DNA of 64,000 nt from Eledone cirrhosa (taxonomy: Eukaryota). Of the stretch, positions 53,385-64,000 are shown in pieces. Under the pieces are notes generated by a model. The model did no database searches. It was not told the DNA's origin and worked only from the letters and a program-made list of their open reading frames with translations. The translations under genes were made by a program, and so were the position numbers. The DNA is taken from positions 62,868,001 through 62,932,000 of the forward strand of contig OZ024743.1 of NCBI GenBank assembly GCA_964016885.1. The letters run 5' to 3'. The first letter of the stretch is position 1. Every line of letters starts with the position of its first letter.

Positions 53385-54632
53385 AGAGAGAGAGAGAGAG
53401 AGAGTAAAGGTCTCATCTATTGAATGATGAGGTAATTTTTGTCAGCCAGTACTTCCTACAACTATAAAGTTCCCACCAGATCTCCAGATTCTTCCCACCG
53501 TTCTGTCATTAGGAAGTAATTCAGACAGTCCCAGACCAATGATTGAGTAGGGGACAGTTGTTGACTCCTACCCCCATCACTTCCACACCTTCTTTTTCTA
53601 TACTCATCTATCTATCTTTCTATCTCACCTTCACCTATGTGTCCTAGTGAAATCACAGGATACAACTGTAATTTCACCCATTACAGGACAATTACAGATT
53701 ATTCATTACTGATCCTCCTCCTCCTTATCATCATCATCATCATCACATGTTTATCTTTCTCACAGTTATCCCCTTCTTTCCTTATCACCAATACCACCAC
53801 CTCAACCATCATTCCTCTATCCTCTCTTCTTACCAACAACTCTATTCTACACTCGTTTCACATAAGTGTTCAAATTTAAGTTCAAATCTTGGACTGAAAT
53901 ATTATTTACATGATAGATATTTAATTTCAGTAGTTAAATCCCATGTTTAATTTTTTTTTTAACGTGTAGTAGAGTATTCTGTTATATGTAAACATATGTC
54001 AACTATATTTTACAAACAGAAGTTATACAATAATGGAAATATTAAAAAAAGATAAAAACATATTTAAGTATTGAAAAAACAAGGGGGAAAGGTAAAGAAG
54101 GGCAGATCTGGCTGTATAGGAAAGGACTATAAATGTTATAAAGGTGAAGAAAAATAGGCAAAGAGCAAAAACTATTAGGCAACAGGAGAAAGAGAAAGGG
54201 AAGGGGAGAGGGAGACAGATGCTACCTAGGTCTGTTGAAGGTTAGTTATAAGTATTTTAAAAATTTGTTTAAATCTTTAACCTTTGTTTATTAAAGTGTT
54301 CACTTTTGTATTCAAATTTTGAACTGAAATCCTATTATTACATGACAAATAATACCAGATTTCAGTCTTTTATTGAAATTATTATTATGTTAAAGCTTAG
54401 TTATTTCACTAAACCCTGCGTGTCCTTGAGAAAGAAACATTTACCACAGCCCTAAACCTTGTGAGTGAAATTAGGTAGACAGAAGTGTAATAGAAGCACA
54501 TTGAAAGGACCTGAAGCTGTAATTCAAAGGTTCAGCATTGTCACTTGTTGTGTCATGTGGATCTGTCTAGGGAATTACATCAAGAGTACACGTGGCTGTG
54601 GAAACTCAGCCACTTATGCTATAATACTAGAT

Positions 54633-54797
54633 CAGTCATTGGCAAACTGCGGCCCGTGAGCCACATGTGGCCTATTTGGCTTTCTGAATGGCCTGCTTTA
54701 TTTCAAAATTGCCTTGAATTTCTTTAGTAATGTGGCTCGCCTTATGATGAGTCACATCCTATGCAGCCCACTGCTCGAAAAGAGTTGCTCATGCCTG
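54633..54797. mobile_element. hAT (Charlie-like) MITE, TSD TACTAGAT
   Basis: CAGTCATTGGCAAAC ... GTTGCTCATGCCTG, with an 8-bp duplication at 54625-54632 and 54798-54805. Confidence 0.8.
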
Positions 54798-57248
54798 TAC
54801 TAGATACACTGTATTTGTAATTCAAAGGTCCAGCCTTGTCACATATTGTGGTAGGCTGATTTGTCTGTGGAATACTCAACCACTTACATCACAAGTTAGA
54901 TGTTCAGTTGATCAAACAATTGAATACTCATTGTTGTAACCAATGGAAAATCCATCATCATTAGGGTATTTTGAGCACTTTTCCAGCAACACTACTACTC
55001 ATCACTTAGTGGTGAGTATGTCTTTGTTAGCTTTAAGTTCCAGGCTCAATCCCACTGCATGGCATCTTGGGTAAGCTTCAGGTCAGCCCATGACCTGTGA
55101 ATGAAATTGGGTAGACAGAAACTGTTAGGAAGTGCATCGGGCAGACTGTATCTGTAATTCAAAGGGCCAGCCTTGTCATGCATTGTGACATACACAGTTG
55201 AATCTCTCTGAGAATTATGTTTAGGGTGCATGTGTCTGTGGAATGCTCAACCACTTTCATGTTAATTTCACAAGCAAGCTGTTGGATTGACCAAACAACT
55301 GGAATACTCATCGGCGAAACCAATGGAGGTTCATTTCACTTCCATATAGTCCAGAGATGTAGAGGTGGACAAGAATTAGAGAAAGAAACAACACACTTGT
55401 GTACCCATGGTTGGTGCATGCCTCAACTGGTCTGAAAGGACAGCCCCTCAGATTAAGTACTAACTTCATTTGTAATGACCCATCCAACCCATGTCAGCAT
55501 GAGAAAATGGACGTTAAATAATATTGTTTGTATTATTACTAATTAATACTTCAGGACAAATTATGCACCGGGGTCGATTTGATTGACTTTCCCTTCCCCC
55601 CAAATTGCTGGCCTTATGCCTAAAGTAGAAACAATTATTTGTTAGGTCTAATCAGTAGAGCGTTGGACGCCATGCTTTGTAGCATAGAGTTACGCCTCTT
55701 TACGGTCTGAGTTCAAATCCCTCTGAGGTTAATTTTGCCTTTCATCCTTACGGGGGTCGATAAAATAAAGTACCAGAAATGCACTGGGTATTTGCTGGCC
55801 TTGTGCCTAAAGTAGAAACAATTATTATTATTACTTACTGAACAACTCTCTCTGCCTCTCCCCAGCAGCCATCCTCATTACACCCCCCAGCCCATTATAT
55901 TCCTTCAACTTCCACCTACACCAGATCATTTCTTTGTCACAGTCACACTTACACTCCCACCTTCTCTACCATCACCAGCCTCAATACACCTGCTTTCTCT
56001 CTTTCTCTCTCATCCCCCCTCCTCCCTCACCACCACCAATGGCTCAGCACACCTGCTTTCTCTTATATTCTCTCCCCTCTCATCATAATCCTTCAGCTCC
56101 GACCCACATCCTTGCCCATGTTACCGCACCACCAACATCAACACCTCAGTACACCTGCCTTCTATGTTTCTCCCCTTTTCCTCCCTTCCTCAAACCTACA
56201 ATTCAATCCCCCCCCCCCTTACTCTCTTGCTGTCATATATAAATACACACAAACACACACACATACATAAAGACACACACACATTCATACAAACATATAC
56301 ATATATATACAATTTTTCCTCCAACACCTACCCTCAAACCATATCAGTACTCTTCTTATTAGCCAGAGAGACAGAAGATAAGTCATTTAATCTGAGATAA
56401 GCCATAGATAAAGAACAGAGATTATTAATACCACCACCACGTTCACCATCAATGTTTAATGGCTATCTTCTATATTTGCATGAGTTAGATGGGCTGCCAT
56501 GTTCTCTGGCTAGACAAGTTGGGTGACCATGTCTTGCTCATACATTCCATTCTTGGCATGGTTTCTATGGCTGGATGTCATTGCTAACACCATCCACTTT
56601 ACAGAGTATACTGGGAGCATTTTATGGTGGTACCAGTACTACCACCTTACAGGGTGAAATGGATGCTTTTTGTTATGCACCATTACGACCACCTTACGAG
56701 GTGGATTGTGTGCTTTTCATTATGGCCCCTGTACTATCACTTCACAGGTTTGAATTGGGTGCCTTTTTTTGTGGCATCAGTACTACCACTTTACAGCATG
56801 CATTGAGAGAATTTTATTGTAATTCCAGCACTACAACTTTATAGGGTGGACAGGGTGCTTTTTATTGTGGCATCAGTACTACCACTTTACAGCATGTAAA
56901 GGGAACATTGTATTGTTATTCCAGCACTACAACTTTATAGGGTGGACGGTGCTTTTTATTGCGGAACCTGTATAACATATTTACAATCACCACCATATGA
57001 TTGTTACAACTACCATCACCACCACCACCACCTTCATCACCCTACCTACAAATTGGTGTTTGTGGTGGTGGTCTTGGTATTGGTGGTGATAATGATGCTG
57101 TTGATGGTAGTGGTGGTCGTGACTGATGCCACATGTATTTAAACCTTCAGAAAAAACAGCATCATAAACACAGTTTAATTAAATCACCTTTCTTTATCCC
57201 CTCTCTGCAGATGTTATTCAAAGACAACTTCATCTAAACATTTGTAAG

Positions 57249-57280
<32 letters not shown>

Positions 57281-57603
57281 CACACACTCACACAATATAT
57301 ATATATATATATATATATGTGTTAGGAAGGGCATCCAGCTGTAGAAAACCCGCCAGACAGTCCACGCTGTAATGTGGCCCTGTAGGCAACACGGTAAAAA
57401 CCTCCCAGCCCCACACTGTAAATGTGGTTGGTGTTAGGAAGGGCATCCAACTGTAGAAAACCCGCCAGACAGTCCTATGCGAGCAAGACAACCACTCTTG
57501 CCTCAAGTGGGAAAACCCCCGTCCAAACCCATGCAAGCGTGGAACACGGACGCTAAACCTGATGATGATGATGATGATGATGATGATATATACACACACA
57601 CAC

Positions 57604-57641
<38 letters not shown>

Positions 57642-57830
57642 TATACACACACAATATATATATATATATACATACACACACACATGCATCATCGAGTAAC
57701 GTCTAGCTTCCATGCTAGCATGGGTTAGACAGGTTTGTCCCAATTAGAGGCAAGTTAAGTCGGATGACCGAGTCTTGCTCATATAGGAGAGTTTCCATTG
57801 AGATGTTATGTATAGTCTAACAAATTTACG

Positions 57831-57871
<41 letters not shown>

Positions 57872-58683
57872 GTAACCTATGCTAGCGTGGAAGAACGGAC
57901 GTAAAACGGTGATGATGATGATGATATATATATATATATGTATGTATGTATGTATATCATCATCATCATCGTTTAACGTCTATCTTCCACGCTAACATGG
58001 GTTTAGACGCGAATTATCCCACTTGAGGCAAGATTGGTTGTCTTGCTCATATAGGACTGTCTGGCAGGTTTTCTACGGCTGGATGCCCTTCCTAACACCA
58101 ACCACGTTTACAGTGTGGACTGGGAGGTTTTTACCTACACGGCCACATTACAGCATGGACTGTGTTTTTTTTTTGTCGTGAGACCTACACGACCTCATTT
58201 ATTTAGGTCTAGATGTTGTGGTACCAACATAACTTCACAGAGAAAGGGTGGTGTTGGTGTGAGTGGGAGGATGGAGTAGGGGTAGTGGGATGGGGTATAT
58301 ATTTGGTTAAGAGGTGCCTACAGACTGTAGGTTTCGCTTTGTACATAGGAAAGGCGGGTCTTCTGTATTACTGCATGGCGCCAAAGATCTCGGTCCAGTG
58401 ACATTGTCTTAGAGAGGTGCAAGTGTGTAAGGTCGGAATTTATCAAATCGTCCCAGGTTTTTCTGGGTCTACCTACTCCGTAAATTCCATCAATTTTGAT
58501 CGCCCTGCACTTTTTTATACAGCTGTTGTCTTTCATGCGCATCACGTGACCATACCAACATAGTCTTCTCTCAAGTAAACAGCATCTGATGCCTCTTATT
58601 CCTATTTTCTCGCTTAGTTCATTTATGTTTTGCTGTTCGCGTATATTACTATTATACATCCATGCATGCGTCGTTCCTCTCCA

Positions 58684-58738
<55 letters not shown>

Positions 58739-58801
58739 CAATTCTAATTATATATATATGTATATAAATGAATAAAAACAAAGAACAAGTTCCTTATATA
58801 T

Positions 58802-59088
58802 ATATATAAGATCAAAAGATGGTTAAAAGAGTTCCATGTATTTTATTATGCGCATTTCAAAAACAAATATCATCATGCAATAACATTTGTGTTTTCATCA
58901 GATAAAATAGGAAGACATGATATGAAGGTTAAAAAACACTTGTGAATAGTGCAGTTTTAAATCAACATATCATGTCTTCCTATTTTATCTGATGAAAACA
59001 CAAATGTTATTGCATGATGATATTTGTTTTTGAAATGCGCATAATAAAATACATGGAACTCTTTTAACCATCTTTTGATCTTATATAT
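58802..59088. repeat. Inverted duplication, about 123-bp arms, 41-nt partly paired loop
   Basis: 58802-58924 is the reverse complement of 58966-59088. Confidence 0.95.
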
Positions 59089-59231
59089 TATGTATACTCC
59101 AGTCCTACAAACTGTAGAGTGCTTCTTATCCGATATCTGCATTGCTTTATTGTACTACAATAAAACTCACCTCCTACATTATATGTATATATATATATAT
59201 GTATATATATATAAATATATGTATATATATG

Positions 59232-59269
<38 letters not shown>

Positions 59270-59523
59270 TATTTCCAGGGGTACTTAGTACCAACGGGCA
59301 TATTAACTTCTTCTATTACTCTCTGTTATGTTGAGAACAAATCTGTTGTTTCTATTTAGCTGCTATTTTTAGTAACGAGATAGACAACACGTCTATGCTT
59401 TTCCCGCTTTCACCTCGGGCAGTTCACGTACGGGTCATTTTTCGGCCTTTTGGATCTGTGCTAGCTGGCAGATAACAATATATTTTATCATTCCTGGGTC
59501 TTTAGCCCTAGGAAAGGAAAATG

Positions 59524-59604
59524 CTTCTCTGATGAGCTTTGATTTTCCATTAGAAATCCATTGGATTTCTGGTGTTTTACAAAGCGAAACCGATCGGTAA
59601 GGGC
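59524..59604 (+). ncRNA. Minimal type I hammerhead ribozyme with intact core
   Basis: TTCT-CTGATGA-GCTTTG[...AGAAATCCA-T-TGGATTTCT...]CAAAGC-GAAA-CCGATCGG-TA-AGGG. Stem III is palindromic; predicted cleavage is after A59599. Confidence 0.8.
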
Positions 59605-59687
59605 CAAAAGAATAGGTAAATATTTAAATTATATTTTTTAATTTATTTTAAAAAATTGGTTGAATTTTGCTTGTTCTGCTTATCTTA

Positions 59688-59721
<34 letters not shown>

Positions 59722-59723
59722 GT

Positions 59724-62079
59724 AGGCACCTTAAAAGGCCGCTCTAACGAGGTTGTAGAAATGCTTGAACGTAAGGAGGTTGATGTTTGCTGTATCCAGG
59801 AGACCAGGTGGAGGGGCAGGTCTGCTAGATTCATTGTGGGTAAAAAACGATGCTATAAGCTTTTCTGGGTGGGAAATGACAATGGGCTGGGTAGGGTAGG
59901 AATCATGTTAGCAGAAAAATGGGTGGATAAGATAATAGACGTAAATAGAGTGAATGACAGAATAATTAAAATAAGACTTGTTCTAAATAGAACTACTGTG
60001 ACGGTAATATCTGCGTACGCGCCCCAATCCGGACTGCCTGGCGCTATAAAAGACAGATTCTATGAGACACTGATGCTCACTACCTCCCAAATAACCGACA
60101 GTGACTATATAATTATTGCTGGCGACCTAAATGGTCACGTTGGACAACATTGTGACGGCTATGATGGAATCCACGGAGGCTATGGGTTTGGTACTAGAAA
60201 TGAGGAAGGCTCCAGAATCCTGGAATTCTGTGACGCAAATAACCTAACTATCTGTAACACTAACTTCAAATCAGGGGAACATACCAGCCAGGTAGATTAT
60301 ATCCTTACCAGAAGAAGTGACAGAGTGTCTGTTGTAAACACTAAATCCCTCCCCCATGAAGAATGCACCTCCCAACAAAGACTCATAATTAGCGACCTCA
60401 TAGTCAGGACGAGACGTACTCGACAGCAGAAGAGGACTATCTTCAGGAGAAAAATATGGAAGCTAAAGGACCCCACAGCCAGTAATAAATTTAAAAGCAT
60501 ATTACTAGATGCTTTCGACAGTAAGGAAGAGCATTTAGAGTTGTACAATATAGAGGAACAGTGGGAATTCCTGAAAGCAAACCTGCTGATGGCGGCAGAC
60601 GAAGTCTGTGGCTGGAGTAGGCCTATAGGCAGGAGGAGAGTAACATGGTGGTGGAACAGTAAGGTGGAGGAGTCAATTAAGGCCAAAAAGCAAGCTTGGA
60701 AAGTATGGCGGGATGGGGGAAGTAGAGAAGACTATCAAGTGGCCAGGAGGGAAGCTAGGAGACAAGTGTACTTCGCAAGAAGGGAAGCAGAGGAAAGAAA
60801 GTTCAAGCATGTTCTACAACGCGAGGACCAAAAACGTGAGGTGTTCAGGATTGCTAGGCAATGTGTCAAGGAAAACCGTGATATTGTCGGGGAGAAGTGT
60901 GCACTTAATGATGATGGTGTACTTGCCATCACTGACGCTGATAAGAAGGTAGCTTGGAAGTGTCACTACGAAAGGCTACTAAATGAGGAGAATAAATGGG
61001 AGAAAGACAGTCTCCCCCACATCGACCCAATAGAGGAACCAGCAGTGTTAGTCGAAGGTAGTATAATAAGTAAGGCAATCAAAGATATGAAGACGGGTAA
61101 GGCGGCTGGGCCTTCGGAAATAGTTGCTGAGATGCTGAAAGCCTCTGGAACGGTGGGACACACCATGGTCACCCGGATAGTAAACCAAGTCATACAGAAT
61201 GGGGTCATACCAAAGGACTGGCGTAGCAGCATCATCACTAACTGTTACAAGGGTAAAGGAGACGCCCTAGATAGGAGTAACTATAGAGGCATTAAATTAA
61301 TCGACCAGGTCATGAAGGTTACGGAAAAAATAATAGTGCAACTAATCAGAGAGAGAATTGATCTAGATGAAATGCAGTTCGGGTTTGTGTCAGGCAAAAG
61401 TACCACAGACGCTCTTTTCATTGTACGACAACTATAGGAGAAATACCTAGCTAAAAGTAAACCCCCATACTTAGCTTTTGTCGACTTGGAGAAAGCCTTC
61501 GACAGAGTCCCCCGTTCCATTATCTGGTGGGCTCTTAGAAAACTTGGTGTTGATGAATGGCTTGTGAGAGCTATACAAGCCATGTATAAAGAAACAGTCA
61601 GCAAGGTTAGAATTAACAACAAATATAGTGAAGAGTTTAGCGTAAAAGTTGGTGTTCATCAGGGCTCCGTTCTTAGCCCCCTACTATTTATTATTGCCCT
61701 TCAGGCTATAACAGTGGAGTTCAAGACTGGCTGCCCATGGGAACTCCTATACGCAGATGATCTAACGCTCATAGCTGAATCAATGGCTGAACTAGAGAAG
61801 AAATTCCCAACATGGAAGCACGGCCTAGAATCAAAAGGCCTTAAAATTAACCTGGCTAAGACTAAAGTTCTAGTTTGTAGGAAGGAAAATAGGGTGCCGG
61901 TCCCATCCGGGAAATGGCCATGCTCAGTGTGTAGGAAAGGCGTAGGTAGAAACTCCATTTTATGTCCCAAATACAAAGTATGGGTGTATAAAAGATGTAG
62001 TGGGATCACAGGTAAGCTAACTAAGAACATAGATTTTACATGTGGTCGGTGCCCTGGTGCAATAAGTAGCAGCAAGTGA
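59724..62079 (+). mobile_element. RTE-clade LINE ORF (APE, RT, PHD-like Zn finger), truncated, one in-frame TAG
   Basis: ORFs 59761-61437 and 61486-62079 share a frame. Motifs: IQETRW, AGDLNGHVG, DLEKAFDRVPR, GVHQGSVLSP, LLYADDL, WPCSVCRKGVG..SILC...KRCSG...FTCGRC. Confidence 0.95.
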
Positions 62080-62137
62080 ACAAAAAAATGGCGTAGACAT
62101 ACAACACAACAGGAGGAACAATGAATATATAACACCA

Positions 62138-62180
62138 CTGACGATGTTGCAGATGTGCAACGAAAGATTTATGTAAATTA
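62138..62180 (+). ncRNA. Hammerhead-like core (PLE variant), stem I incomplete
   Basis: CTGACGA-T-GTTGCA-GATG-TGCAAC-GAAA. Confidence 0.5.
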
Positions 62181-63846
62181 TGTAAACTATATATATATGT
62201 GTTTGTCTATATTATATCTGTATTATTTTTGACCGCCGGTCAGTCAATGGCAACATTGAGGACCGAGTAAGTTAGATCGCAGATATGTATATATAAAAGA
62301 CAGCGAGAAGCGAAAACCAACCAAACAGTGAGTGTGTTCTGTTATTAATTCTAGCAATATTACGCAAATATGACCCTCCCCAAATATAACAATATCTGTT
62401 TCGACACACGATTTCATATAAAAAACCTCGCAAAACTGTATATATATATATATATATATATACATATATGTGTATATATATATATATATATACATATATG
62501 TATATATATATGTATATATACATATATATATATGTATATATATATGTATACTACAGTCAGTAGGCATCTCTATCAACCCCCCCCCCCCATCCCACCATCT
62601 CCACCCCATCCACACCGCCCCTTTCAATGTAAAGTTATGTTGGTCCCACAACATCCAGGCCGAAACAAATGAGATCGTGTAGGTGTCACGACAAAAAAAC
62701 ACACAGTCCACGCTGTAAATGTGGCCGTGTAGGCAACACGGTAAAAACCTCCCAGCCCCACACTGTAAATGTGGTTGGTGTTAGGAAGGGCATCCAGCTG
62801 TAGAAAACCCGCCAGAAAGTCCACGCTGTAATGTGGCCGTGTAGGCAACACGGTAAAAACCTCCCAGCCCCACACTGTAAATGTGGTTGGTGTTAGGAAG
62901 GGCATCCAACTGTAGAAAACCCGCCAGACAGTCCTATGCGAGCAAGACAACCACTCTTGCCTCAAGTGGGAAAACACCCGTCCAAACCCATGCAAGCGTG
63001 GAACACGGACGCTAAACCTGATGATGATGACATATATATGTATATATACATATATATATATGTATACATATATATGTATATATACATATATATGTATAAA
63101 CGAACTAAGCATAAACGAACTAAGGAAAAAATTAGAGATAAGAGGGATCAGATGTTGTTTACTCGAGAGAAGGCTACGTTGGTATGGACACGTGATGCGC
63201 ATGAAAGTCGATAGCTGTATAACAAAGTGCAGGGCAATAAAGATAGACGGTAGTCACGGAATAGGCAGACCTAGAAAAACCTGGGACGAGCTGATAAACT
63301 CCGACATCACACACTTACACCTCTCCAAGACAATGTCACTAGACCGAGACCTTTGGCGGTACTCAGTAACAGAGAAGACCCGCCTTACCTAAATATATAG
63401 TAAAACCTACTCCAGCCAGTAGGCATCTCTAACAAAATACACCCCGTCCCACCACCCCCGCCCCCACCCCATCCACACCACCCCGTTCTATGTAAAGTTA
63501 TGTTGGTGCCGCGCCATCGAGGCCGAAACAAATGAGATCGTGTAGGTGTCACGACAAAAAAACACACAGTCCACGCTGTAATGTGGCCGTGTAGGCAACA
63601 CGGTAAAAACCTCCCAGACCCACACTGTAAATGTGGTTGGTGTTAGGAAGGGCATCCAACTGTAGAAAACCTGCCAGACAGTCCTATGCGAGCAAGACAA
63701 TCACTCTTGCCTCAAGTGGGACTACCCCCGTCCAAACCCATGCAAGCGTGGAACACGGACGTTAAACGTTGATGATGATGATGATGATGATGTATATATA
63801 CATATATATGTATATATACATATATATGTATATATACATATATATG

Positions 63847-63877
<31 letters not shown>

Positions 63878-63922
63878 GTATATCTATATATATATATGTA
63901 TATATATATGTATATATATATG

Positions 63923-63953
<31 letters not shown>

Positions 63954-63964
63954 GTATATATATG

Positions 63965-63995
<31 letters not shown>

Positions 63996-64000
63996 CTATA

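Noticed and set aside
56570-56990. About 40-bp diverged tandem units
   Set aside because: Internal expansion of the common SINE/RTE body module.
60297-62138. Minus-strand ORFs overlapping the RTE as scribble exons
   Set aside because: Antisense shadows of the LINE ORF with no Scribble similarity.

Overview
AT-rich eukaryotic genomic DNA. The repeat landscape (RTE LINEs with (GAT)n tails, tRNA-derived SINEs, Penelope-like, CRE, Helitron, hAT/piggyBac/Tc1 MITEs, long (TA)n) suggests a coleoid cephalopod such as Octopus; this is an inference. The only clear host gene is the 3' part of a scribble (LAP family) gene on the minus strand. I assembled seven phase-compatible GT-AG exons from 51666 down to about 34608, encoding the Scribble C-terminal motifs SFxEKQKYFE, FSYLSEHEVARMK, SVRTLKAEKR and AEKRAAWRKARMKSLEADALKA. 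The LRR/PDZ exons must lie beyond the right edge. The most notable observations are: (1) a candidate 41-nt scribble cassette exon that would end the protein in a class I PDZ-binding motif (...YIGSWV*); (2) Penelope-type minimal hammerhead ribozymes, one with an intact core, with the three intronic ones all antisense to scribble; (3) a degenerate HDV-like ribozyme at the 5' end of a GC-rich RTE; (4) five near-perfect fold-back inverted duplications; (5) a 76-copy 20-bp minisatellite derived from a SINE head and abutting a hAT MITE target-site duplication; (6) an intact Helitron RepHel ORF start missed by the ORF track. Family names come from motif recall, not database searches.
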